Positions 19,401 to 28,082 of a stretch of 45,711 nucleotides of DNA are shown here, in pieces (the stretch's first letter is position 1; every line of letters begins with the position of its first letter). A program made the position numbers and the translations under genes. Where the stretch lies: the NCBI GenBank assembly GCA_963977445.1, contig CAXBPH010000014.1, positions 1 through 45,711 of the forward strand, given 5' to 3'. The DNA is from an uncultured bacterium (GTDB lineage: Bacteria; Hydrogenedentota; Hydrogenedentia; Hydrogenedentales; JAEUWI01). The notes beneath the pieces were generated by a model. That model did no database searches. It saw only the letters and a list, made by a program, of their open reading frames with translations, and was not told where the DNA came from.

Positions 19401-22400
19401 CCATAGGGATTGCCGAATCCGTGACGACCAAATCCACCGTGGCGAAATCCACCTTGACTAAATCCCGGGTTCCAGCCGGTTATGTTAAATTGCCCAACCA
19501 CCGGACTTGTCGATGTGGTTGGATTGGCCTGGGTCGGGTCTTCGACCGGTTTTTCACCGATTTCCAGAATGAGTTGCAATTGTTCCAGGGCCTCATCCGG
19601 GGAGCCTATGCTGGCCAACTGCTGGGCATAGGAAAATCTCATTTGGTAGTTATAGGGGTCGATGGCCAGGGCCTTCTCTATGTATTCCTGGGCTTCTTCG
19701 ACAAACCCATATTGCCCCATGCCACGTGCGACGATTAATTGGGCGTCGGCATCGTCTTTGTTCTCTTTTGAAATGCGTTGCCACGTTTCGTTGGCCCCAT
19801 CCATGTCACCCACACGGGCGTGGGCCTCGGCAAGGCGGCTCAGCTCATACACCGTGGGCGCGCCATTGATCTCCAGCAGGGCCGTATACACCTCCACCAC
19901 CTTGGGGTAGTCTCCCGTGTCAAAGGCTTCGCTGAGCACGAGCCGGAGCGCCCCCTCCGTGTCATCTACGGCATCCCGGGCGCTTTCAAAGGTCTTCATG
20001 ACCTCTGCCCGTTCGCCCCGTGCGCGGAAGACGGTGGCCAACTCTTCATAGAGCGCAAGATTTCCGGGATTGGCCCGTACCCGTTCCTGGAATTCTTCGG
20101 TGATGATATCGCCCTTTTCCAACCGCACATAGACACCTGCAAGTCGACCGATGGCATCGATACGGGTCCGTGCGTCCTGGGCGACTTCCAGCATGGTGCG
20201 GTAAATCTCCTGGGCTTCCCCCACGCGCTCAGCCTGGAGCAGGGCGTCCCCGAAATCACGGTAGTAGCTGGGTTCGTCATCCCGGAGCTGAATCGCATTG
20301 CGATATTGCTGGATGCCCTCATCGAAATGCTCTTTGTGCTGCATGTAAATCTTCGCAAGCTCGATGCGAAGCTCGGCACTCGTGGGCGAGGTTTCCACCA
20401 GTTTTTCTGCGGTGGCAATGGCCGCATCCCGCTGGTTCGACGAATTGTAGAGTTTAAGCAAGTCGCGGAGATAGCCCGCCGCCCGGGTCTTGTCCACGTC
20501 GAGAAGTTCTTCGTAGGCGGCAATGGCGGCCGGTATCTGGCGATTCTTGATATAGGCTTCGGCGAGATTGCGACGATGGGATGGCACCTCCGGCTCAATC
20601 TTCACACAGGCTTCATAGTGTTGCACCGCACCCGGGTGATCGCCCGATCGGGCACAGAGGCGGGCCAGCTTCAACCGAGGACCTACGTCCTGGGGACTGG
20701 TGACGATGTCCCGCTCCCAACCGGCCCGCATTTCGTCGATGGTGCCCAGGGTGATATAGGCATCCAACAGCCCCTGTTCTCCCTGACTCTTGAAGTATTC
20801 GTTGTCGTCCTGTTCCGCCAGCGTCTGGAACAGGGGCAGTGCTTCCTCCGTTTTTTCTTCCCCCACATAAACGCGGGCCAGGGCGAGGGCGTGCTCGTAT
20901 TGCTCGGGCGCCTGCGCCACGGCCCGTACCAGGAGTGCTTTGGACTCGGCGGGGAAATCATGACTCTTTAAGATAGCTGCGATTTCGGCGAGATCACCGG
21001 CGCTGGTTTCGGGGGGGGCTGTTGTGGCCACCCAATCGGCGAGGGCACCGGCTTCGTCGCCCATGTCATAGCGCAACCCGGCACGGCGGAGCAGCCAGTT
21101 TCGGTCCGGGCGCAGGGCAATGGCCGCTTCATAGGCTTCCAGGGCTTCGGGGTAAAATTCTTCGGTCTCCAGCCAGTCCGCGAGCAAGGCCCAGGCGTCG
21201 CTGTCTCCCTCATCGGCGACGAGCCGCCGCCACGTGGTCCGGGCCATCTCCGCATCGCCTTTTTCGAGGTAGGTGTTGCCGAGGCGGCGCAGGTAATCGG
21301 GCTCGGCGGGATAATCGGTTACCAGCTTTTCCTGGAGGGCGATTCGGTCGTCAAAGCGCTCCTGCTCCTGGTAGAGTTCCAGCAGCATCTCGACGGCGTC
21401 CAGCCGGTCTGGCGCGCGCTCCAGCAGGGCCTTCAACACCGCTTCCCCTTCTTCCTTGCGGTCCTGTCGGAGTTCCGTGCGGGCCAGGAGGGCGTGAAAG
21501 GTCAGATCGCCCGGGTGTTGCTCAATACGGGCCTGTAAATAGGTCGTCAGGCCCGCGAGATCGCCCCGATCCTCATAAACTGACACCAGCTTGTTTTGCA
21601 GGTCAGCAAAGAGCCAATTGCCCGGTGCGGCCAGTTCCAGGGCCATTTCCAGGACGGCAAGGGCGTCGTCATAGGCCTCCAGCGCCAGATGGGCCATGCC
21701 AATAGCCCGGAGGGAACGACACCGGCGGTAGGGGTCATCTTCCGACAGGGAAACGATCGTCTGGTAGACCTCGATAGCCTGGGCCCACATGCGATTGTCT
21801 TCGTAGATCTCGGCGAGTTCGGTCTGGGCGAAAATATCGTCGGGTGTGGTGTCCACGAGCCGTTTCCACGTAGCGATGGCTTCCTCGCGCTTGCCGGCCC
21901 GCAAATAGACGCTCCCGAGGATGCGGCAGAGGCGTCCACGCAGTTCCGGGTCGTTTACCTGATCCACCGCGCCCGACAACACCCCGATGGCCGCCTCGTC
22001 CCGCCCGGCTTCGTAGTAGCGTTGCCCCAGAAAGACGTCGAGCTCTAGATCATCCGATTGGAGGGCCCGTGCCCCTTCCAGGGCCTCAATAGCGTCTTCG
22101 GTCTTCAGCTGCCGACTGAAAATACGCCCCTGCACGATGAGTTGGGGCCGGGTGGGAGGCGTTCCCTCTGGTGGCGTGAGACGGGTCAGCCACGCATCTA
22201 CCCCCTCGCCCAGGAGGTACCCTTCGTAAACCTGGTCGAAAGCCTTCTCCTGAAAGGGGTTACGTTCCAGAATTTGTTCGTATCGGGATCGGATTTCACG
22301 GGCCGAATCGTCCAGCAAAGAAGCCTTCAGCCCCGCTTCCTGGCCGTAAGCCGTTGCCGCCACAATAAAAACACCGATCCAGCATGCCCAAAAATTTCGT

Positions 22401-22405
22401 AACAT
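13484..22405 (-). CDS. Giant (2973 aa) secreted TPR alpha-solenoid protein with a C-terminal PA14/galactose-binding-like beta-sandwich
   Basis: Sec signal (MLRNFW...ATAYG), dozens of TPR-like LA..Y...G..A...Y..A....P units, and C-terminal GSDDWSRVWVNG...LKEGINHVLVK. RBS GAGGAG. Confidence 0.85.
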   Translation of the reverse strand: MLRNFWACWIGVFIVAATAYGQEAGLKASLLDDSAREIRSRYEQILERNPFQEKAFDQVYEGYLLGEGVDAWLTRLTPPEGTPPTRPQLIVQGRIFSRQLKTEDAIEALEGARALQSDDLELDVFLGQRYYEAGRDEAAIGVLSGAVDQVNDPELRGRLCRILGSVYLRAGKREEAIATWKRLVDTTPDDIFAQTELAEIYEDNRMWAQAIEVYQTIVSLSEDDPYRRCRSLRAIGMAHLALEAYDDALAVLEMALELAAPGNWLFADLQNKLVSVYEDRGDLAGLTTYLQARIEQHPGDLTFHALLARTELRQDRKEEGEAVLKALLERAPDRLDAVEMLLELYQEQERFDDRIALQEKLVTDYPAEPDYLRRLGNTYLEKGDAEMARTTWRRLVADEGDSDAWALLADWLETEEFYPEALEAYEAAIALRPDRNWLLRRAGLRYDMGDEAGALADWVATTAPPETSAGDLAEIAAILKSHDFPAESKALLVRAVAQAPEQYEHALALARVYVGEEKTEEALPLFQTLAEQDDNEYFKSQGEQGLLDAYITLGTIDEMRAGWERDIVTSPQDVGPRLKLARLCARSGDHPGAVQHYEACVKIEPEVPSHRRNLAEAYIKNRQIPAAIAAYEELLDVDKTRAAGYLRDLLKLYNSSNQRDAAIATAEKLVETSPTSAELRIELAKIYMQHKEHFDEGIQQYRNAIQLRDDEPSYYRDFGDALLQAERVGEAQEIYRTMLEVAQDARTRIDAIGRLAGVYVRLEKGDIITEEFQERVRANPGNLALYEELATVFRARGERAEVMKTFESARDAVDDTEGALRLVLSEAFDTGDYPKVVEVYTALLEINGAPTVYELSRLAEAHARVGDMDGANETWQRISKENKDDADAQLIVARGMGQYGFVEEAQEYIEKALAIDPYNYQMRFSYAQQLASIGSPDEALEQLQLILEIGEKPVEDPTQANPTTSTSPVVGQFNITGWNPGFSQGGFRHGGFGRHGFGNPYGMAGFYPGRVVSGSQGFTEFRPMVLSSMVSIAQQLNTLDELVAEFHEATVADPNNIDARYDYLQICESGGKFDEALETLAALRAIHPDDTALLWRIFQIHRSNNKPDEAIAMAREIIAREDTDQAYRARLQLLPLLVQNNHMDEAETLITALTESKPDEAQTYVQIAHALRGTATIERVAGLFQKAIALEPTRARNYRQNLAQLYKDQGDMETARDMYFETILAEPKLSQTFMAPGRTNAALQFVPPMNRRQFSSNNNFGNFPGFSGQLVQYDTTNAFQQILQMTLEESEIEPLMEKLLERARTYATAEDDVSRYQAWESLVLAVAYRQMKDRSQEALELVESILGEKPDDPALQELQLFALYAVKDYIKMKAIYGARAIISGAGQSTIDQALLNLAVLEDDWKAVVALYPATRSSQNPYQLAVIVSELRRAKQEEIAIPLLEDEVRHARSSGNLLQLAQLYSNQEEHDKAIDLAREVWQRSTSATTTSQRRRGGNYTAQSPSLSSMGLNELNQVWNIYRQGNREDELLTELEEKVAKQPTSVSLRLALAGAYGQDKRAEKALEQLKILVEQRPNDMGTKLRYAGALEAANMKNSSVAILEELVDSRRVNRRELANELQRLYRELGRTEKLADLQDTLMVEAQTSQDLQQLAQTFAQSSDFIRAAEMMEKAFQKEPENVWLNRQRADYLWQANKRDEALEIYKTIMLPSGTMRQYGMMDGGSISQFIRRFSELERLDELKALTEGDFDSDTQQYAASLLKGLIAKEEGDFEAAEAALLVCAKLNNQGDAYRLLTDNAVAQEDYDKAVTYAEKEGQLRGRIDFRRIADIYTKKGDIEKAVPMWKRHVEQQGQSHAHREAIDSMITAKAFDMAEAYLRDVLDALPDNDWAKRSIGNSIIEENNTSGNFATLIDEVLLAKDSPMLKYWIERYTDNYYQSPKKYLKRIEPLAVRFPDNIGVQSRYGEILLQAKEQERALPIFKKVMNTENVPEDEQHFVQQARNRYQDILRDLGDHETLQASLLEALDTAKKNPDANTIQQAANARNEAGGLKAVYELMNRVLGTADMKEHDRIRADFATSIAEAGDIPGARGIMQDYAATIRTDDALLASMYFHSRWGFYEESCALYDTLVKRESPDIYVHHEVDDMVRMLLATGRAETAWSHLRHTRMDFPQQYYGQSSNLGRTLSHFSDYNCAMLPAQQLLEELRSAEGLSIEQRLFAAELEGEMGHMRRAMEFLIPVKDNQFIQMAFMQALQAIPPGLQGEFIPNSDAAVPLDPDQAFQAAQTATYGAMQLNNFEEAIKILDGLSPENMKPHHRLNRAYMYLRAKAYEKAALDCEIYMKADGQQGRQSDVKKTLAIAQAGLGNIDAAMVLWREDESEQNNNRRAAELIDVLVEQQAFDEASEIWGKVGDDEQYGVQMLIARARILVATGTPDVVVEAMETGYGTLSENYQDDFIHRYADFLQENDQWQSLLPSAESNPVLAGTLSRVALNLTDAGRKTDATLILDGLVNAPVSNPNSIRMLVGLLKDAGKSEQARELLLRTRDIAVNRAFEVEWVLERLMEFDAPTEAGETFWSQQERFPGLWNNIELIVRIAAGTSDTMTGNTVFDQLLDRADTGEKTYLTALRNFYRSSNGDGLDDLTSLVEEPNLSARSLLKIQEILVENGRNESALGALERLQNWVLFSSNTADEAAARAIPLYIEAGNADRAVDAFIAMLPARKDLVREAREALLENGEAIDFAATEERLIGAIKAEPANGRVSDLLAFRQDLAARVGLNTDALDLEGLKVSALEQYEGNLWTHRVDQWLVSPATICPTWETMGEALPDGLSAYMGSEAPDGSVLAAWRPANAGQIYPAVVLDAVLEMEDSQNQSAYGLTTVVSPDARTVKLAHGSDDWSRVWVNGTEVLTNPFGRSILIDQDIVEVALKEGINHVLVKCANRRGDWEFSLAVLENGAGLTWKIPDLPKVSEVVVVE
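19416..19465. repeat. 15-bp-period degenerate repeat encoding four GF-led pentapeptides
   Basis: AATCC at 19416, 19431, 19446 and 19461; protein GFSQG GFRHG GFGRH GFGNP. Confidence 0.65.
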
Positions 22406-22446
22406 CCGCAGCTCTCCTCAACGTATAGCTATAGTTCTCTTTACTA

Positions 22447-22472
22447 TATACGATGAAGTGACCGAAATGTTC
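22447..22472 (-). promoter_or_regulatory. Putative ECF-sigma promoter for the giant TPR gene
   Basis: GAAC-16 nt-CGTATA on the minus strand, about 40 nt upstream of the ATG. Confidence 0.45.
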
Positions 22473-22506
22473 GACGTATTTGAGGCGTAAAAGGGGGCTG
22501 AGTCGT

Positions 22507-25500
22507 TTATTGCGGCATCTCAGGACGGGAAATTTCCAGCAATCCCAGACCGGTGAACCGTGCCGAGTCCGTTCCATAGTCGGCAGAAAGGACGAGCCGT
22601 AGCGCCTCGACACCGTCTTCGGCCTCGATAAAACCCGCTCCGGAGACGGGATCGCCCGTTGCTTCGCGCTGGAGCAGGGGCAGATTGTGGACGTCCATCG
22701 CCGCTTCGCCCAGTGTTTGCAACTGTATGCCCGCGCCACCTGGACCCGGTTCTATCGCGCCGGTCCACAGATAGCCCGTTGCACCCTCGGTGGGGGTGGG
22801 CACGCTATAGAGCCAATTGAGTCCCTGGATGCGAAGCCCGGACACCCCCGAGGCGTCGGCAATACAATCGCTGTTGTATCCGTCACGGAGCCCAAACCAA
22901 TCGTGGAGCACATCGACCCAGCCGGGCATGGGGCCCACGAGGGAGAGTTTCGACAAAAGGTCCGGGGCGACAATTCGGTTGCTGGACCATTGAAGCTGGA
23001 GGAGGGCGTTGGTGCCTTCGATGCGGTAGAGAGCATCTTGGGCCGAAATATTTTCCATCGACACGCCGCGTATCTCGCCCGTCCCCTCGGCCTCTGATTG
23101 CCACAACAGGCAGACGGGAGCGGGGCCATCGTGGCTCGTGCCGTGGTTACGCCATTGAAAGGCCTCCGGGCCATTGTTGTCCGACGGGGCCACGTGGGTC
23201 ATTCCGACGAGGGCGTCGTTCAATCGGGTGCGGAGCGCTGCCGCACCGCCATCGAGCGTTGTTTGGAGGGCAACCGCGTGGGCGAGGGCCACGGGATAGA
23301 AGGTGCTCTCTTGGGGAGTTTGGAGAAAGGCCTCGATAGCCTCCGGGACGGCATCGCCCGCAACAAGCGCAAGGCCGAAGTAATAGGGTGCGGCGCTGTG
23401 TCCCTTGTCCGTGGCCTGCTGTAGCGGCGCAATGGCCTCGGGGGCACGTTCCAAGGACAGCAAGGCGCGACCAAGGAGATAGGCACCATCCGTATTTTCT
23501 GTATCTAGTGTCTTCAGGCCCGTTGCCACGTCCAGCAAGCCCTTCCAGTCGGCCCGGCCTTCCAAGGCATAACCCAGCGCTGTGTCTTCCGACACCGACC
23601 GGGATTCTGTGGGCACGGGGCCGAAATCGAGGGCCCGTGACCAGAGTCCACCGCGGGCGTAGGTTTCCTGTAAGAGGGCGTGGTATTCGGCGAAGTCGGG
23701 CGCCGTCAGGTCCGCATAGCCTCGGGCCAGCTCAAATTGTGCGAGGGCAGCGGGCAAATCACCGGCCTCGGCATAGAGTTTTCCCCGGAGTAGTCGTGCC
23801 GGTGCAAAATAGTAGACCGCACCCGAATCTATTTTTCGGGGTTCTCGGGGTTGCTCGTCGATGCCCACGGAAAGGCTCAAATCCTGGAGCGCTTCTTCTT
23901 CCCGATTCAGCTGGAGAAGGATTTCGGCAGACAGGGCGTAGGGCAAGGGGTCTTCCTTGCGGACTTCCGCCGCCCGCTGGGCGAAGCGCAGGGCTTTCTC
24001 CGGCTCGCCTGCCTTCAGAGCGCGATCTATGTTTTGCACATAGTGGTTGGAGTGGGACGTTTCCAATCGCACGCTCGCTGCCATGAAAAGGACGAAGGCG
24101 AGGGTGCCCGATGTTACCAATACGAGGGGAAGTACCCGGTAAGTTCGTGTGCCACCCAGTGCAATCGCAGCAACAAAGGACAAGGCCATGAAGAGCCAGA
24201 AGGACTGGGACATGACGGGCCACTGGAAAAAATTCTCGAAGGTGCTGTGGAAGAGGTAGCCCGTCAGGCCTGCCGCGAGGCCTGCAAAGAGTGCCAGGTC
24301 TTCACGCTCATGGGGTTGGCTCCGATAGACGCGCCAGACCCGCTCCACCCACACCATCATGACCAGAAGAAAACCACCGAGGCCAATGAGTCCCGTTTTT
24401 ACGAAAATCTGGAGGTAGGCGCTGTGTACCGTGGCTTCTTCGGGCGATTCGGGTCGGGGAACGGCCACATACTCTTTGGCTTCCAGGATGGTATCGATAT
24501 CGTAGTAGCAACCCCAGCCGAGCCCGAGTAAGGGGTGGGCATCGGCGATATGGGAGGCCGCCGCATAATACTGGGCCCGTTCCATCAGGGAGACGTCTTG
24601 GGTAGGATCCGCCAGCGTGACCAGGCGCGATAGAAACGTGGGTCCCGCAGCAACGACCAGGAGAAGGATGGCGACGCCCGTGCCGACGAGGATTTTCTTG
24701 TTTGGTCGAATCCAGAGGAAGAGGAAGGCGACGGAAAGGAGGGCGCCGACCCAGGCCCCCCGCGTTTTTGTGAAAACCATGGCAACCAGGCAGAGGGCGA
24801 GACAGACAAAGAGTAAGGCCTGGGTAGAACGCTTCTTCGCGATGAGTGCAAGGCCGATGGTCGGACCCATGGCGAGCACCATCAGGCCGCCCAAGGGGGT
24901 GGCACCATAAAACGAGCCACTGCGCACGCTGTGGTAGAGGGCCAAATCGGCCGCTATTTCGGTTCTCGACATGCCAATGGGATAGTAATGTTGGATGATC
25001 CCGTGGATGGCCACCAGCGTCGCACCGAATACATAGGCGGTAGCCAGTTGGACTACCTGGTCCCGGTTGGGGGAACGCTGGAGTACCAGCCAGAACAGCG
25101 CGATGAATTCGGCGAACTGGCGGAAGTCCTGGAGCGCATTGACGATCCCGTTGTGGCGGAAGATTCCGGTGGCCATGGCCACCGTCAGGGTCAGGGCGAA
25201 GACAATCAGCGACTTCCAGGGGATTCCGGGGGTGAAACCCGGTCGATTCAGGAGTAGCTGTCCTGCTTCTTTGGCGACCAGCAGGAGTATCAGGACCTCG
25301 GGGAGGTTCAGGGTTACCCCAACGACTTCCGCCTGCACAATACCGAAGGGCGTGATGGCAAAGGCAACGTAGCAAAGCGCCCAATGGCTGTTAATCACCA
25401 CCAGGCCCAGGCCGAGAGTCAGCAGGGGGAGGGCGATAGCTACTGAATTCGAGAGCAGGCCCAGTTGGAAAAAGGCGACGGCAGACAGAACCGCAACCAA

Positions 25501-25584
25501 CAGGACAATAGCGAGCGCGACGACAGGGGTGCCCTTCGCCTTGGTGGGAATATCCGTTGCAGTTGGATTCGTTGACCAGCCCAT
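22507..25584 (-). CDS. O-antigen ligase/O-oligosaccharyltransferase-like (Wzy_C) membrane protein fused to TPRs and a C-terminal beta-rich domain
   Basis: About 12-13 TMs, FTKTRGAW, HPLLGLGWG, VHSAYLQIFVKTGLIG, then TPR helices. Start at ATG 25584 or GTG 25593. Confidence 0.82.
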   Translation of the reverse strand: MGWSTNPTATDIPTKAKGTPVVALAIVLLVAVLSAVAFFQLGLLSNSVAIALPLLTLGLGLVVINSHWALCYVAFAITPFGIVQAEVVGVTLNLPEVLILLLVAKEAGQLLLNRPGFTPGIPWKSLIVFALTLTVAMATGIFRHNGIVNALQDFRQFAEFIALFWLVLQRSPNRDQVVQLATAYVFGATLVAIHGIIQHYYPIGMSRTEIAADLALYHSVRSGSFYGATPLGGLMVLAMGPTIGLALIAKKRSTQALLFVCLALCLVAMVFTKTRGAWVGALLSVAFLFLWIRPNKKILVGTGVAILLLVVAAGPTFLSRLVTLADPTQDVSLMERAQYYAAASHIADAHPLLGLGWGCYYDIDTILEAKEYVAVPRPESPEEATVHSAYLQIFVKTGLIGLGGFLLVMMVWVERVWRVYRSQPHEREDLALFAGLAAGLTGYLFHSTFENFFQWPVMSQSFWLFMALSFVAAIALGGTRTYRVLPLVLVTSGTLAFVLFMAASVRLETSHSNHYVQNIDRALKAGEPEKALRFAQRAAEVRKEDPLPYALSAEILLQLNREEEALQDLSLSVGIDEQPREPRKIDSGAVYYFAPARLLRGKLYAEAGDLPAALAQFELARGYADLTAPDFAEYHALLQETYARGGLWSRALDFGPVPTESRSVSEDTALGYALEGRADWKGLLDVATGLKTLDTENTDGAYLLGRALLSLERAPEAIAPLQQATDKGHSAAPYYFGLALVAGDAVPEAIEAFLQTPQESTFYPVALAHAVALQTTLDGGAAALRTRLNDALVGMTHVAPSDNNGPEAFQWRNHGTSHDGPAPVCLLWQSEAEGTGEIRGVSMENISAQDALYRIEGTNALLQLQWSSNRIVAPDLLSKLSLVGPMPGWVDVLHDWFGLRDGYNSDCIADASGVSGLRIQGLNWLYSVPTPTEGATGYLWTGAIEPGPGGAGIQLQTLGEAAMDVHNLPLLQREATGDPVSGAGFIEAEDGVEALRLVLSADYGTDSARFTGLGLLEISRPEMPQ

Positions 25585-25704
25585 GGAGTACACGCCTAGA
25601 GGGGGTTGCGCTCAAAGATAAGTATGCGGAAGCCCGCATGAACATCGAATGTGCCATGCCCACAAGGGGGGCACAGAATTAACCCATCCAAAAATCCAAT
25701 CGCC

Positions 25705-26964
25705 TTAAACCGTACCCGCCCCCAACACCTTCACCTCAAAACCGGCATTACGCCAGGCATCGTGGTCCAGCTGGTTGCGGGTATCAAACAGAATCTTCGT
25801 GCGAACCTGCTCGGCCACAACGGTGGGATCCAAAGCCTTGTACTCATCGTGATCGGTGAGGAGTACCAGACAATCCGCACCCTGCAGGGTGCCGTCGAGG
25901 TCTACCGTGCCGACCGTGCTGTCTTTCGCATAGGGGTCATGGGCAGCCACATTTTTTCCTGCGGCACGAAGGAGGCCGACCACCGTGACGGAGGGGCTTT
26001 CCCGCATGTCGTCGACGTTACCTTTATAGGCCAGGCCGAGGGTCGCAATCTTGGGCTCGGTGAGTTTCCCGACCAGCGCATTGACGCTTTCCACCACGTG
26101 GGCGGGCATGGAGTCGTTACGTTTTCGTGCGGCGTGCATGACCGCGGTGTCTTCGGGGAATTTCTCAATCAGAAACCAGGGGTCCACCGAGATGCAATGA
26201 CCACCCACGCCGGGGCCTGCCGTATGGAGGTTTACCCGGGGATGGCGATTGGCCAAACGGGCCACGTCGCTGAATTGGATACCCAGCTTTTCACAGAGGA
26301 CGGCCGCTTCGTTGGCCAGGGCAATGTTTACGTCGCGGAAGGTGTTTTCAATGACTTTGACCATTTCGGCCGTCGTCACGTCGGTGAGGAAAATGCCACC
26401 TTCGACAAATTTGCTGTAAATAGCCTCTGCTTCTTTGGCGCAATCCGGACCGAAGCCGCCGATGACGCGGTCATTTTCGATCAGCTCTTTGAGGATGCGT
26501 CCCGGCAACACCCGCTCGGGACAATGGGCCAGATAGATATCCGTGCCGACCGCGAATCCTGCGGCTTCCAGAATGGGGCAAATCAAATCGCGACAGGTGC
26601 CGGGAGGTGAGGTGGATTCCAGAATGACCAGATCCCCTTGCTTCAAAAAGGGGACAATCATTTCCGTCGCTTGCTGCACGTAGGCCATATCGGCCTTCTT
26701 GTCTTCGTCCATTGGGGTTGGGACGGACAGAAAGAAGACATCCGACGCTTCCGGGGAGAGGGAGGCGCGCAGATTGCCGGAGCCGGTCGCGGCCTTCACC
26801 ATGGTGTGGAGGCCGGGCTCTTCGATGTGAATATTGCCTTCGTTGACCGTATCAACCACACTCGCCTTTGTATCGACACCGAGCACCTGGAAACCGTTAG
26901 AAGCCAATACGCTGGCCGTAGGGAGGCCGATATAGCCCAGCCCCATCACACAAACTTTTTTCAT
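25705..26964 (-). CDS. wecC: UDP-N-acetyl-D-mannosamine dehydrogenase
   Basis: GLGYIGLPTA, EEPGL, ESTSPPGT, HCPERVLPG, GPGVGGHCI, GLAYKGNVDDMRESP; coupled to wecB. Confidence 0.92.
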   Translation of the reverse strand: MKKVCVMGLGYIGLPTASVLASNGFQVLGVDTKASVVDTVNEGNIHIEEPGLHTMVKAATGSGNLRASLSPEASDVFFLSVPTPMDEDKKADMAYVQQATEMIVPFLKQGDLVILESTSPPGTCRDLICPILEAAGFAVGTDIYLAHCPERVLPGRILKELIENDRVIGGFGPDCAKEAEAIYSKFVEGGIFLTDVTTAEMVKVIENTFRDVNIALANEAAVLCEKLGIQFSDVARLANRHPRVNLHTAGPGVGGHCISVDPWFLIEKFPEDTAVMHAARKRNDSMPAHVVESVNALVGKLTEPKIATLGLAYKGNVDDMRESPSVTVVGLLRAAGKNVAAHDPYAKDSTVGTVDLDGTLQGADCLVLLTDHDEYKALDPTVVAEQVRTKILFDTRNQLDHDAWRNAGFEVKVLGAGTV

Positions 26965-28082
26965 GATTGGTCCTTCTTCAAAGTCAACAGGTGGTCTGCA
27001 ATACGTTTACTGGCCAGGCCATCGCCATAGGGGTTCACGGCGTTTGCCATGGCACCAAAGGCCGACGGGTCATCAAGGAGTCGCTGGACGTTTTCCACAA
27101 TGCCTTCGTAGGTGTTACCCACGAGCATGGCGGTGCCGGCGTCTACCGCTTCGGGACGTTCGGTCATTTCCCGCATCACCAAGACAGGCTTGCCCAGCGA
27201 TGGGGCCTCTTCCTGTATGCCGCCGGAATCGGTCAATACGATGGTGGCCTTTTTCAACAGGTGTACAAAGGGGAGATAGTCCAGGGGGGCAATCAGGTGG
27301 ACCCGATCCTGCCCACGAAGAATCTTGTCCACGGACCGCAATACGTTGGGATTGGGATGTACCGGATAGACGATTTCCACGTCTTCATTCCGGGCCGCAA
27401 GATCGCGAATCGCGGTGCACATCTGGTCAAAGCGATCACCAAAGCTTTCGCGGCGGTGGGCCGTAACCAGGATGAGCCGTCGCTCGGTGCCGACGGACTG
27501 GAGCAAGGGGTCGCTGAATTCAAAAGGACGTTTCGTCACTTCCAACAGGGCGTCAATAACCGTGTTGCCCGTAATGTGGATGCCCGCCTCGGCAATGTTT
27601 TCCTTGAGCAGGTTATCCCGTGAGCCTTCTGTGGGGGCGTAGTGATAGTCGCACAGGGCATCGCCCAACACCCGATTCATTTCTTCCGGGAAGGGGCGAT
27701 ACTTGTCATAGGTGCGGAGCCCCGCTTCCACATGGCCCACGCGCACATTCTTGTAATAACACGCCAGGGCGGAGGCAAAGGTCGTCGTGGTGTCGCCATG
27801 GACGAGGACCACGTCGGGCTGGAAGTCGTCCAACACACCGGCCATGCCATTCAGCACATTCGTCGTGATGTCGAAGATGGTCTGGTTGGGTTTCATCAGG
27901 TTGAGATCATATTCCACCGAAAGGGAGAACACCTCGATCACCTGGTCCAGCAACTCACGGTGTTGTGCCGTGAGGCAAACCGCGACCTCAAAGTCGTCTG
28001 TACGACTGCGCAACTCGTTGACGATTGGCGCCATCTTAATTGCTTCCGGGCGCGTGCCCATAACCACGAGAATCTTCATCAT
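26961..28082 (-). CDS. wecB: UDP-N-acetylglucosamine 2-epimerase (non-hydrolysing)
   Basis: GTRPEAIKMAP, HGDTTT, HVEAGLRT, PFPEEMNR, HRRESFG, TDSGGIQEEAP. Confidence 0.96.
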   Translation of the reverse strand: MMKILVVMGTRPEAIKMAPIVNELRSRTDDFEVAVCLTAQHRELLDQVIEVFSLSVEYDLNLMKPNQTIFDITTNVLNGMAGVLDDFQPDVVLVHGDTTTTFASALACYYKNVRVGHVEAGLRTYDKYRPFPEEMNRVLGDALCDYHYAPTEGSRDNLLKENIAEAGIHITGNTVIDALLEVTKRPFEFSDPLLQSVGTERRLILVTAHRRESFGDRFDQMCTAIRDLAARNEDVEIVYPVHPNPNVLRSVDKILRGQDRVHLIAPLDYLPFVHLLKKATIVLTDSGGIQEEAPSLGKPVLVMREMTERPEAVDAGTAMLVGNTYEGIVENVQRLLDDPSAFGAMANAVNPYGDGLASKRIADHLLTLKKDQS

